A stretch of DNA of 63,753 bases, filler included, from Reclinomonas americana ATCC 50394 (GCA_048213135.1; 14 parts of 14 records of this genome joined end to end with filler, not necessarily neighbours in it), one strand, 5' to 3'; positions 24,041 through 36,684 are shown, numbered from the whole stretch's first letter. Translations and numbers: made by a program. The notes: generated by a model not told the origin, from the letters alone.

Positions 24041-25907
24041 ATGGGCGACGACGATCAAGTGGAGCTGCTGTGCAGCATGTTTGCACCCGAGGTGCAACGC
24101 GATGTGGTGAGTGGCCCGATTACTGAGTGCTCCCACGCATGTGTGCTCACACACACTCATATTTTACTCGACAAAGGTGGCACTGCTGCTGGAGGCCACC
24201 AACAACAACCTGCAGCAAGTCATTGGTGAGGCCTGCATGGCATGAGCTCAACAGCAACAACTGCTTTGCTCACACGCGCACACACAGACATTCTATGCCA
24301 CGAGATGGACGGGGAGGATGCCGAGGACCAGCAGCAGGCCGATGAGGGGCACCACAGTCTCGCAGACGAGGAGCCGGAAGAGGCGCCCAAGTGGTTGCTT
24401 CACATGCAGGCATCGGGATCGCCGGTCAAGGCCGCTGCACGTGCGAGAAACGCAGCAGCTGCTGCTGCTGCTGCTACTGTGCCGAGTGTGCCTCGTGAAC
24501 GACCAACCGGGTACTGCTGCCTCCCTTTTGCACTCCGTGTGCCTCTCTGCATTCTCCGCTCATCGTGTTTGTGCAGACGCTGGGCGCAACGCGAGTCTGC
24601 AGCACTGGGGCGGCCGGCGGCACCGCCACCAGAGCACGACTGTGTGCACGAGTTTCCCGAGTTGCCGCCGTCGCAGGTGGAGCAGGCGCAGGTGGAGCAG
24701 CTGCAGCAGGCGTTTCCGACAGTGTCGGTGGCGGCGCTGCGGGCGGCGTTGAGTGCGACTGGCGGCAATGTCGAGGAGGCCGCCATGTCACTGCTGTCGG
24801 CCGAGGACTACGATGTGGACGATGACGACGAGTTGCTGGCGCGTTTGAACGTGGATCAGCCCGCGGATGGTGGCGAGTGGGCACGGCAGCCANNNNNNNN
24901 NNNNNNNNNNNNNNNNNNNNNNNNNNNNNNNNNNNNTTAATTAATTAANNNNNNNNNNNNNNNNNNNNNNNNNNNNNNNNNNNNNNNNNNNNTTGTCGGC
25001 GCCGGCGGCCATCGGTGACCGACTGAAACTGGAGCGACTGCAGGCCATGTTTCCACGGTTGGAGGCCGCTGTGGTCATGGACATGTTTGCGGCGTCGGAC
25101 AACCAGATGGAGGTGTGCGCACAGGCCCTCGATGAGATGTTTCCCGGCCAGCGTATGCTGTCGAGTACAGAAGTCGCTGCGGCAGCGGCTGCTGCTGCGG
25201 CGGCGGCAGCAAGAGGCGCACGCAAGTCGCAGAGTCCACCCAAGTCGGCCGCTCGATCGCAGCCGGCAGCAGACGCACGAACATGGTCGCCACCGCCCTC
25301 TCTGGTGTGTCGTCGCGCGATTGGCTACTTGTCGATCTCATCTCCCTCATCGTTCTACCCACAGCAACCTGTTAATGGCGGAGGTGGTAGTGGGGGCGAA
25401 GGCAAGGCCGCTGTGCACGACGCATCGACGTACGCCACGGCGCGCAATCGATGCTTTGCTGGCGCAGCGGCTGCATTTGCCAGCGGAGATGGTGCGGCGG
25501 CCAAACGGCTGGCCGCCGAGGGTCACCGGTTCGCCGAGTTGTGTCGGCAGGCGCGCGCACAAGCCGTCGGGCACATTTTCTCGCAGCGCAACAGTGGCTT
25601 TGGCGAGCAGCAGCGCTCTTGCATTGATTTGCACGGGCTGCTGGTGCGTGAGGCACTGGCCGAGGTGCAGCATCGTGTGGAGGCCATGCAGGCGGAGATG
25701 GACGAGCACCCGCCCCAGCCACCTGTGTGGCGACTCGATGTGATCACCGGCCGCGGCGTGCACAGTGGTGCGTCGGGCCCACGCCTGCTGCCGGCGGTGA
25801 CCGAGTGGTGTGCGGAGCATGACTATTCGTGCACGGAGTGGAAGCCAGGCATTCTGACGATTACGGTGCGACCGAGTCGCGGACGCAAGCAAGTACGACG
25901 GCGGTGA
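24041..25907 (+). CDS. CUE/UBA-like + DUF1771 + Smr endonuclease-domain protein (N4BP2/Cue2-like); spans a gap
   Basis: CUE-like motifs (LQQAFPTV, LQAMFPRL, GGNVEEAAMSLL), AAAFASGDGAAAKRLAAEG, IDLHGLLVREAL, VITGRGVHS. Confidence 0.82.
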
Positions 25908-26090
25908 TGGGAACTGATTTATACCAGTCGACGACTCTGTCGTGTGGCAACAAAACAAACAAACAACAACAACAATGGTGATGATGGCAACAATGGTGGC
26001 AGACGAGAAATAACAATAATGTGTCACCGCCGTGACGACGACGACGACGACGGCGGCGGGAGACTAATGAGGGGGCGCACGAGAGCGACG

Positions 26091-27629
26091 TTACGGGGAC
26101 GGGCGCTGGCGAGGCGGTGACGATCTGGAGAGCAGAGTGCGGTGACCGGACTCGCGACCCGCCGGTGACTTGAACGGCGGCGACAGCTGATCGCGCGGCA
26201 GCACTGTTTGCTCCGGTGCCATGCCGCGTACGTGTGTGCTGTAGTATGGAGGGGATGAGTGAGTGGGGAATGAAATCGGTGTGGAAATGCAGCACGCGCA
26301 CGACGCAACGACGAGAGGCTCAGGCCGAGCTCCTTGCGTTCCAAAACCTTGATGAACTCATCGTAGCAGATCTTGCCGTCGCAGTCCAGATCGAAAATGG
26401 CAAACAGGTCGAACAGAGTGCTCTCGTCGAGCGACAGGCCCACCAAACTATTTTATCAAGCAACAATATGATGAGCGACCGGCTTCAGGGACAAAAAGTA
26501 GAACTGGAAAAGACGCAACTGCTCCACGATGCGATGCAGATCGGCAGGCGAAAAGGCCGAATCACGCGCCGTGTCCCAGTGGAGGAAAAACGCCTGCGCA
26601 GGGAACCAGGGTGGTGAGCGCACGAGGATATGCAAGACTCGCGTGCAAGTCTCGACGCAACATGAGCCGTGCGGTAGTGACGCTCGCCGGCCTCGCGCAA
26701 CAACTGGAACACGCGATAGCCGTCGACTTGTCCCGCCGCCGGTGTGTTGCCAAACAGCGCCCGCGGACCCGGCTCCTCAAAGCCCACATCCGACGACTGC
26801 TGATCACTCCAGTCCTCATCGTCGCCGTCACCGCCATCGCGCAACTCCAGCTGCTGCTGTCGCACAAACTCCTGATACTGCGCCATCTCCCTCGCATCCA
26901 TGGACATGGTGGGCAGGTCGCGTCGGCTGGCAAACGTGGTGCCGATCGGTGCCACCTCCGGCTTGAGTCCAGCAGCACGACTGTACATGGTAACATGCAT
27001 TTGAGAAAACCATATCGCAGAGTTAAAACTGGGCGACGACGACAACGCAACGTGCGCGGCGTTGGATACTGCTGGCGATTGGTGGTGTGATTGGCCTTGC
27101 CGCTACGCGAAAGAGACAAGTCGATATCGGTGAGAGAATACACACACATATGAGAAAAACAGCAAAGGCAGTGCGCAACATTTGCTTGCGCTCATACACG
27201 CGGATAAACACAGTGTGCGGGATCTCGCCATGCTCATCCTGCTCAAAGAGCTCCATCACAGCGTCCAAGTCGGCATCGTCGAGCTGCAACGAGGCCACAC
27301 TGATCGTGACAGACAGACAGAGAGAGAGAGCGAGTGAGAAAAAGGAGCCGCTAACATGTTGGCAGATTCGGCGTGTGTTCTCACCTCGCAAACATGCGCC
27401 GCATGTCCTCACGGCGCAGACGTGCACTGCGATCTGCGCCCACAAACGCCAAGAACAGCTCTGCACACAAAGAGAGAGAAAGAGAGTGTGAGAAACGGGA
27501 CGTGTTTTTCCGACACATTCTCTTGATCTTCTCTTGCTCACCTCGCGCTGCGCGGAACTTGCGTTCACCATGCTCACGCAACACTCGCAGCAACTGCACA
27601 GCATCGAAACCAACAACGGGAGCCGCCAT
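26091..27629 (-). CDS. EF-hand protein made of two internally duplicated halves
   Basis: FDLDCDGKICYDEF canonical EF loop; degenerate FEQDEHGEIPHTVF; paired segments LREHGERKFRAA / LREAGERHYRTA. Confidence 0.65.
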
Positions 27630-28025
27630 CTCTCTTTCTCGTTCTCTCAACAAAACACACAAAACAAAGAGTTCTTGGACATCAAGTCCATCGATCCACT
27701 CGGTCGTTAACACACACAATCGTCGCGTGCTGGTGCGTCGCTGCTCTCCTCTCTTGCTTTCACACACTTTCACACACGTACACACACATATTGCTCTCTC
27801 CCTCACTCACTCTCTCACACACACTCTCTCTCACACACTCTTTCTTGCACTCTTCTCACTCTCTTCTCTCTCTCTCTTAGTGCCATGTTGAAGTTCGACG
27901 ATGACCCGTTCCCGCAACGTGGAGAGACCATGAGTCTGAGCACTGTCGATCGCCCGTCGGCATTCGGAAAACTGCGACCTCGGTGAGACAGAGACAGACG
28001 GAGAGAGAGAGAGAGAGAGAGAAGA

Positions 28026-28027
<2 letters not shown>

Positions 28028-28079
<52 letters not shown>
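28028..28079. repeat. (GT)n microsatellite preceded by (GA)n; similar tracts at 22733-22786 and 63683-63737
   Basis: Direct reading; such tracts often abut assembly gaps. Confidence 0.9.
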
Positions 28080-28080
<1 letters not shown>

Positions 28081-28199
28081 GTCGTCCTCACGTGCGATGN
28101 NNNNNNNNNNNNNNNNNNNNNNNNNNNNNNNNNNNNNNNNNNNTTAATTAATTAANNNNNNNNNNNNNNNNNNNNNNNNNNNNNNNNNNNNNNNNNNNN

Positions 28200-28980
28200 T
28201 GTTACTCTGCATCGCACGACCGTTTCCGTTGCCGCTCGGTCCAGGGAATCGACGATAGCCATCCTCCTCTCCGTGCACTCCCGCACTATCATCAGCGCCA
28301 CTCGAAGATGAAAAGTCGCCACTGTCGTCACTGCTGCCGTCGACGTGCCGACGACGACCGCCAATGTTCGAATTGCCGCGCGACGTGGCGTCGACCGTAA
28401 ATGGCACCACTGGTGGTGGCGGCGGTGGCGCCGCCGGTTGCACAGCAGCAGCAGCAGCTGCCGTGCTCGTCTTCTGCTTCGTCGTCGTCGTCGACGACGA
28501 CTGCTTCTTCTTCTTCGGCTTTTTGGGCGACTTGCGTGGCGGCGGCTGCGCAGCGACCTCCGCCTCAGCCTCGTCAAACAGCGAATCGTGGAACGCCTCG
28601 TCGTACTGTACCATGGGCACCACCGCCGGCGACGCCGATGCCGACGACGACGATTCGCTCACAGATCGCGCAACACCAACGTGTGCACGAGCTTGCGCAG
28701 CAGCAGCAGCACCAGACGACGACGAAAACGACATGCTGCCGCCACCGACTTCGGGCGACTGCAATTCCTGATCGGCATAGCACGATTCAAAGAGCGCAGA
28801 CGAGGCCGCAGATCGTGAGCCCGACATGGGCCTGTTGAGTGCTTGCTGCTGCGGTTGCGACGCAGACAAGTCGACCTCGTCCTCGCCGCTCAATGTGCGA
28901 TTGATGGCACTGGCTGCCACCACGGCGGCCGCCCACCGGCCGTTCTCCACGCTGTTGTCACCCTCGTCGTCGCTTGACAT
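28200..28980 (-). CDS. Low-complexity protein N-terminus, function unknown (3' end lost in gap)
   Basis: Open frame from ATG 28980, Ser/Ala/Asp-rich, basic KKPKKKK cluster; divergent from the WD40 gene. Confidence 0.55.
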
Positions 28981-29237
28981 TCTCGCTCTGTGTGTGGATG
29001 TGCGGGCGCGCGCGTGCGTGTGTGTTGTGTCAGAGAGAGTGATGATCGCACACGCAGCACACGCACACAAAGGCAACGCACGACACAGAATCGCGCACGG
29101 GCGCACACTGGGCGTGTAACTGCGACTTCAACGCCAGACAGGGAAACAGCTCGCACAGATCGAAGGAGAGTTTAGGGTTTCACCAGTTACACGGCGGGAA
29201 ATTGCGGCTTCATCAGTAACCCGTGGGCCGTTTAAAC

Positions 29238-31892
29238 ATGGGCGAAGAAGCTTCTCCACTTGAGCTTGAACACGTGATCGGCTACACAGGCCAGCACCGG
29301 TACGCCTGATGCCCCCACGCACATGCTTTCACTGCCTCCTTGTCTCACATGCGCAAACACAAACGCACACAGTCACACATGCGTGTTGTCGCAACGCGAC
29401 ACCAACACGTTCATCTTCAGCATCGGCAGCCTGGTGGTCGTCGGCAACTTGACTGACGCGTTGCGTGCCTCTCCCTTGCCTCATTCTCTTCCCTCTCTCG
29501 GGTGACAACTGACGTGCGTCATCATCATCATCGTCGCTCACAGGCATGATCAAAAGTTCCTGCGTGGCCACGACGAAGATGTCAACTTCATCACGGCGTC
29601 GGTGAGTGGACGCCTGGTGGCCACGGGTCAGCTGGCCTCTACCAAGCAAAAGGGCCATGTGTCGCCCGTGTATGTGTGGGACATTGATCGGCTGGAGTGC
29701 GTTCGTGAGTTTGCCGGCCAATCGGGCAACATTCGCTTCCTGTCCTTCTCGCCCGACGAGAAGCAGCTGGCCGTGTCTGGTGCGTATGTGCCCCCCGCAA
29801 GCGCCGCAGTGCATCTCTTCGCCACAATGCTCACCGATGCATGCGATCGCAGCCGACGACAACACGCTGCACATTTACGAGGTATCGAGTGGCGAGGTGT
29901 CGGCAGCGGTGCGCACGGAGAATCCTGCGCAGGTGGTAGTGTGGGCGGAGGTCGTGCTGCCGCCGGACTCGCGCTCGGCGGCTCGGCATCCGCCGTACGC
30001 CTTCACGGTCGGTTTCGCCAATCAAGTCAAGGTGTATCGCATGGAGTGGGATGCGCGCACGATGCGCTACACGCTGGCGGCCGATACGTGTGCAGTGCCG
30101 GGTGCTGGTCGTGGTGCCGGCTACGTGCGCACCTACCCGTGTGGTCTGATGGACGGCAGCAACACGTATGCGCTGCTCGGTACCGAGAGTGGCGAATTGA
30201 CCGTGTGGAACACCGAGGGTCTCAATCAGCGCACTGCCGTGTCGGTGCGTGTGTGTGTACTGTCACACACTCCAGTCAATGAAAATTGACGCGCGACTGC
30301 ACAGGTGTGCTCCAACGGCATCACTTCGATGTGCCGCATTGGCGACAAGATCTACTGCGGTGGCGGCGACGGCTCCATCAAGGTCCTGCACGGCGCCGAC
30401 AAGAGATGGGAGCTGGACAGTTGCGTTGCGCTCACAGCACAATACAAGTGCGATTGCATGGCACTCACTTGTCCGTGCGTGTGTGCTTGCACAGTGGAGG
30501 TTGGTGTGTCGGGTCGCGTGGTCAGTTTGTCGGCGGCTGCCGATGGAGCCGAGCTGGTGGCCGGCACCAGCAACGGCAAGATCTACCGGTGCGAATCTCG
30601 GCAGTGTCTCTGCTGCGTTTGTGTTGCCTGTCGGCTCATCCCCCCTTGGCTATTGCAGGGTGACGACACACGATCTCAGTTTCACCGAGGTGCTGGTCAG
30701 TCACATCCAGGCCATCAATGCGGTGGCATTTGGTCCACGCAGCGACGTGTTCTGCACAGCCTCCAAGGACGGCAGTGTGCGCATGTGGGATCTGTCCGAG
30801 TACGTGGTGCTGGCGCGGATATCGTGCCAGGCCGAGCCACTGTGCCTGCACTTTGTCAGTGGTGAGCATCATTGGGCGAACATGGTAAGATTTCCAAGTT
30901 ACTCATGCGATGTGTGGCACAGAGAGCATTCTGCTGTCGGGCTGGAGCGACGGCTTCATTCGCTGCCACGACATGGATCAAGGCAAACTGTTGTGGGAGA
31001 TTGTCGGTGCGCATCGTGGCGGAGTGACCGCGCTGCAGGGTCACGCCGACATTTTGGTGTCGGGTGGAGAAGTTGCGCAGTCCTCGCTCACGCTCTGTTG
31101 AGTGGGAGAAAGCTCATCACCCGACGTGCGCAGGACAACGTGGTGCGACTGTGGAATCCGCGCTCGCGTGAGCTGCTCGGCCAGTTGCACGATCACAAGA
31201 AGACCATCACGTCGGTGATGCGCGACATTCGGGAGACGCACCAGCACATGCTGCACACGACATCACGTGACGGCTTCCTCCACACGTTCGACTTGAAGAG
31301 AATTCGCAAGCTGGATTCGCACTCGCTGGCCGACAAGGAGGTGGTGTGCGCTGCGCAGCGCATCGACCACGAGTTTGAGATTCTCTGCTGCACGGCCGAC
31401 GGCAAGATCATTGTTTCGTTGGCGCCAGCTGATCAGCCCAGCGTCGTTGAGTCGTCTGCTGACACTCTGGTTTCCATCGCACAGCACTGGGACATTGATT
31501 ACCGAGACCCTGTGCAACTGTGGCAAGACAATGCACGCATCAATGCGTGCACACGATCATCGTCCGGTCGATTCCTGGCCACTGTGGGTGTAGACATGGA
31601 GCTGAAAGTGTGGGGTGCGTTGCAGCGATCTACATGGAGTGGGTCAACCCTGTTGCCACACATATGCTGATATGCACACATACGCACAGACTTGCACGAC
31701 AATGTGCTGCTCACCACTGGCCTGTGCCACTCGGCACCCATTCTCGGCGTCGCCTGGAGCCCCGATGAACGTCAGATTGTCACTGTCGGTGAGTGTCCTT
31801 GATTGCGCAGTGACTTGTCTGTCAGTGCTCTCAATTCGTTCCGCACAGGCTCCGACGCCTGCATGTGTGTGTGGAACTTTTACGGCTTGTGA
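29238..31892 (+). CDS. WD40 protein of the CFAP52/WDR16-like flagellar family
   Basis: LELEHVIGYTG, QKFLRGHD, ATGQ, VYVWD, ASKDGSVRMWDL, LSGWSDGFIR, AHRGGVT, CHSAPILGVAWSPDERQIVTVG..ACMCVWNF. Confidence 0.8.
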
Positions 31893-31980
31893 GAGCTCGA
31901 TATTGTGGAGACATGAACTGAAAAAAACAAACAAACAATGACCCAAGTGTTGCTGAACCGAAACAGGGGCTACACTCTCG

Positions 31981-33567
31981 CTACAGAGTGAAAAAGACGC
32001 CGGCGGCCGAGGCCACCAACATGATTAGTGCCAAAGTGACCAGCTGAATGCTGGCCGGCAGGGGTGAAGCAGTGCCGGTGGCACTGTTCGTGGTTGTTGC
32101 GGTTGTGGTGGTTGTCGTCGTTGTTGTCGCATCGTAGGCTCCAGTGGCACTGAGAAGAGCATTGCTCTGCACGCGCGGAACGAAGGAGTGAGTGGTGAGA
32201 TCCGGCGCGCGGAGACACAGTGTGCACAGTGCGGTACCTGCAGCCATGTCACGTACGCCGAGACGCGGATGAATGTGTATACTCCAGCCTGCACGCACCC
32301 ACACACACACACAGGAGACAAAGTGTTATGGCGGTCACCACTTGGATGATGAAGAGGGGACGATGCGACGCACAGCTGCTCCGCACGCTGATGGGCCCGA
32401 CACGACGACACCGACCACCACGTTGTTGACGAGTGCCGGACCGCCAGTGTCCTTGAGGCACGGCGAGTTGCCGGCGGTAGTGGTCATGCACACTTGCGTG
32501 TTGATGTCTGCACAGAGGAAGAGGTGCGTGAGGAGAATGGGAAAAATGGTGCGACAGTGAGCGACGGGCGAAACTGTCGCAGCCGGGAGTGGTGCCGACC
32601 ACCGTGGTCAGATTCACCGACTTGAGGCGAGTGGAGGTGGTCGCGGTGGTGCTCGCCGTGGGATCGGAGGTGACGCCAAAGCCGACCACCGCTGCATCGC
32701 ACGTGAGACCAGTCGTCCACTCGCTCACACGCCTCCCACGCAACTCGTGGTGACTCCCACATTCATGTTCTTGTTGTTGAGTGTGGCCGGAGCGACAATC
32801 GTGGTCTTCAAGAACGACAAGTCAGTCTTCACAATGGCAATGTCGTTGACGCCAGAACCCGTCCACCCGGGGTAAAAGATGACAGCGACCACCGGCACGG
32901 CCGCCTGACTGGACCCGGTGATGTCGATCTGACCGCCCACGGCCCAGATATTGGAGAGGGACTGGCCGACAGAAAAGCACCGCCTGCACATTTCCCGAAC
33001 ACTCAGCATGACGGGCGAGAAGAAGCGGAGAGAGGATGATGGGAGACAAGGGGACGCAACGCGGCTGTCATGATCGAGTTGGAGTTGATCAGGGTGCCGC
33101 CACTGTGGAGAGAGGAAGAAGGGTGAGGCGGATCATTCCCACTGCATCGGCTCGCATGATGCTCACCACTGCGCACAGCACGAGTGAGAACACGCCAAAC
33201 AGGTGATCGACAGACAAACAGAGTGAGTAAGACGCAACAAAGGGCGTTCCCAGCGGCGACTGCAACGAGATGAAGCTGCGTGCAATTAATCACTGTCAGC
33301 AATCGCTCACCGCAACAGAGAACCTGCGAGCCGCACCTGGGGTACAGTGACGCAGAGGAGACTGTGGTGCCACCCACAATGCGATCATCGATCTCCGCAC
33401 TGTCGACACCAGCGTCCTCTGATATCATCATCAGCAGAGAGGAGGTGCAATGTTGAGTGAGACAACAAAAGAAAGGCAGAAGAGGGGAAGGACAACGCAC
33501 CACTCGCGTGCGTCAGTAATACCAGCATCAGCAACACCAGCAGCAGCACGAACACTAATCTCCTCAT
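31981..33567 (-). CDS. Trypsin-like serine protease homolog (catalytically degenerate) with signal peptide, Thr-rich stalk and hydrophobic C-terminus
   Basis: RIVGG activation site, FCGGTLI, TAARC, NDIAIVK, VVGFG, CLKDTGGP, YTFIRVSAYVTWL. Confidence 0.85.
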
Positions 33568-33605
33568 GGCGCGACGAGAGAGAGAGAGAGCTTCGGACAA
33601 AAGCG

Positions 33606-34595
33606 ATGATGTCATCGCACCTTGTTTCTCCGATGAACGCGCTGGGTTTCCCGCTCCTGCGCACCTCGGTGGGTGGAGTCGCCCTGCGCCTCGGCTGCGT
33701 GTACAACTCCTGCAGTCCGGCATGCAACACACTCGCCGATCTGCAACGTCTCGACTCGTCGACCTCGGCGGCGGTGCTGACACGCACCGCGTTGCGTGAC
33801 GGGTTCGTGGAGGACGCCAATGTGCACCACTGGGTCACCATGCCGGCTGCGCGCTTGTCGACGGTGAACTCGCTGGGATACTCGCCACATGCATTCGCCT
33901 ACTATGTGGATGCGCTGCGACAACTGAGTGGTGAGCGGCCGCGGTTCATGTCGGTGACGGGCAGTGCGACGGAGGTGCGAGGCATGATTGCGGAGCTGGA
34001 GGCGATGAAGGTGCGCGTGGTCGACGCGGTGGAGATCAACTTGTCGTGCCCGAATTTCGCCGATAAGCCGCCACTGGCCTACGACTTTGTGGCGATGCGT
34101 GAGTTTGTGAAGGAGGCGGTGGCCGATGTGCAGACACTGCCGGTGGGTCTGAAGATTGCGCCGTATTTCTACGAGGCGCAGTTCCGTGCCGCCTGTGCGC
34201 TGATCAACGATTTCTATCCGCGTGTGCGCTTCGTGTCGAGCACCAACACGGTGGGGTCGGGTGTGGCGGTGGATGTCGACAGTGAGCGCATTCTCTGTCG
34301 CGGTGGCATCGGCGGTGATGTGATCCGGGCCCTGTCGCTCGGCAATGTGGCGCGCCTGCGGGTGGGACTGCGACCGGAAATCGACTTGGTGGGCGTCGGT
34401 GGCGTCAACTCGGGCGAAGCCGCGTTCCAGCACATTCTGTGCGGTGCGCGTGCCGTCATGGTGGCCTCGTGCCTGCTGCGGGAGGGCACCGAGTCTCTCG
34501 AGCGCATCCAGTCCGAGCTCGAGCAGCTGATGAGGCGCAAGGGGTACGGGAGCATCGAGGAGTTTCGCGGCAAGGCCGTCGCGCACCTCATTTGA
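33606..34595 (+). CDS. Class 1A dihydroorotate dehydrogenase-like FMN enzyme (possibly dihydrouracil oxidase clade), intronless
   Basis: EINLSCPN, KPPLAYDF, VGLKIAPY, STNTVG, GGIGG..IRALSLGNV, GVGGVNSGEAAFQHILCGA, KGYGSIEEFRGK; start may be 33606, 33609 or 33633. Confidence 0.85.
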   Translation: MMSSHLVSPMNALGFPLLRTSVGGVALRLGCVYNSCSPACNTLADLQRLDSSTSAAVLTRTALRDGFVEDANVHHWVTMPAARLSTVNSLGYSPHAFAYYVDALRQLSGERPRFMSVTGSATEVRGMIAELEAMKVRVVDAVEINLSCPNFADKPPLAYDFVAMREFVKEAVADVQTLPVGLKIAPYFYEAQFRAACALINDFYPRVRFVSSTNTVGSGVAVDVDSERILCRGGIGGDVIRALSLGNVARLRVGLRPEIDLVGVGGVNSGEAAFQHILCGARAVMVASCLLREGTESLERIQSELEQLMRRKGYGSIEEFRGKAVAHLI

Positions 34596-34881
34596 GAGGT
34601 GGCTCCGTGAGTAGTAAGTAAATGGCGTGGTCGGGAAGCGCAAGGATGCAGAACTGCGCATGCAGCTGCATGCATCCAGATCCGAACGGCAGAGATTATA
34701 ATGATAGTGCGGTCCGTTCAGCCGCTGTTTAACGCCTGCGACCAAAAAAAGCTCCTCCTCAATAGCAGCGCCACACGGGCCGTTACTTGTGTATTTCGGG
34801 CCTTCTGTAAGTGAAGCAAAAGGGTATTTTACGCGCGAGAAACCAAGCGTCTAAATCAAGACCCTTTTTTGATATCATCCC

Positions 34882-36616
34882 ATGCGCATTGAATTCCTCG
34901 TTCGTCGTTACTTCTTGTCTTTCTCTCTCTCTCTCCATCGCTTGCTCACACATGCAGGCGCGCACACGCACAGGGAACGTGTTCTGCGGTGCCGACGCGC
35001 CACCGCAATGTCAGCTCGCTGGTCGTCTCGTTCGGTGTGTTGCAGTTGTCTCTCTCACTTCTCTCTCTCCTCTCCTCTCACCTCACTCGCTCGTCAGACT
35101 CGGGCGATGTCTTCATGTTCGACTGTGGCGAAGGCACACAGCAACAGTTCCTCAAGGCCTCCACGCGTTTCGGTCGACTGCGACGGTCTGTGTGTGTGAT
35201 TATGCATGCATGATCAGATGCATTGGCGCTCATCTCTTCTCTGACGCAGCATTTTCATCACTCACCTGCACGGTGATCACTGTTTCGGCCTGCCGGGACT
35301 GATGTGCACGTTTGGGTGCGTCTCTTGGCACTTCCTTCTGTCTCTCTCTCTCTCTCTCTCTCTCTCACCCCCCTTGGTGATTGACTGACCGCGCGCGCAA
35401 AGCATGTTGAATGCCATGGGCAACTCGTCGGCTGCTGCTGCTGCGGACGCCGACTGCGCTTGCGATGGTGAGTCGTCGGGCGCGCCGTCGGCCTCGGCTT
35501 TCCTGCTGGAGCTGGTCGGACCCATCGGCCTCGCCACGTACATTCGCTCGACGCTTCGCATGACCGAGTCGTACATGGTGCGTACTCTCTATCGACAACC
35601 CATCTCCTCCGGCACTCTCACTCATGCACGCAGCCGTACACTTGGCGTGTGACCGAGCTCGCCGGTCTGAACATGACCGATGACGAGTACGCTGCGTATG
35701 TGGCCCAGCGAGCAGTCGAGGATCTGCATGCGTGCGAGACGCGTGGCGAGGTGCTGCGCTGTGATGCACACGGCTCTTTCCGAGTGTTCGTTGTGGCTGT
35801 GCATGGCCTTTTCTTTCGTTGTTGGTTGTTTTTTTGACCACTGGCGCAGTTTGCAGAACGACAAGCTCACTGTGGACGCCGGCTACATCATGCACAAGGT
35901 GCCGACGCTCGGCTACGTGCTCCGCGAACCCGACTTTCCGGGAACGTTGCGTGTTTTTTGCTTCTCCCGCAGCTGCTGTTACCCGGCTCACTGCTTTGCA
36001 GACTGGACGCTGCCAAGGCACGTAGCCTCGGAGTGCCACCCGGTCCCACATTTGGCAAGCTCAAGGCCGGTCAGTCGGTGACATTGGCCGACGGTCGAGT
36101 GGTGACACCCGAGGAGGTGGTGTCGGCGCCGCAGCCGGGTCGCAAGCTCGGTGTGTATCTCGAGGAGAAAGTACAGCAGTGGGGGTGAGCTGCTCACAAA
36201 TTTGCTGCGCAGTGATCCTCGGCGACACGTGCGATCCGTACGCCATTTCTGAGTTGTGCGAGGGCGCCGACGCTATCGTGCACGAATGCACATTTGGCGG
36301 TGATATGCGCGACATGGCGATTGAGCGCGGTGCGTCACCCATCCCCTGCGCTTCACCCCATCACTTTTCTGACACACACACACACGCACTCGCAGGTCAC
36401 TCGACAAGCTCAATGGCCGGTGCTTTCGCGCACCACATTCACGCCCGCCGCCTGATCCTCAACCACTTTAGCGGTCGCTACAGTGGCTCCGACGACGACA
36501 CCAAGGCAGAAATCGAGCGGCTAGTGGACGAGGCGCGGCAGGCATACGAGGGTGGCGATGTGGTGGCGGCATCCGACTTTACGGTGGTCGAGTTGCCGAG
36601 GCCGAAACGCGCTTGA
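34882..36616 (+). CDS. Ribonuclease Z, short form (ELAC1/RNase BN-like)
   Basis: [47 protein letters not shown] exosite, [24 protein letters not shown]. Confidence 0.92.
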
Positions 36617-36684
36617 ATGTGCGAGTGCCAGTGAAAAACACACTTGTGATGTGATGGAGTGTGCATTATCTTCAGTCTACATGT

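Noticed and set aside
33612..34745. 377-aa minus-strand ORF overlapping the DHODH-like gene
   Set aside because: Antisense shadow without recognisable motifs
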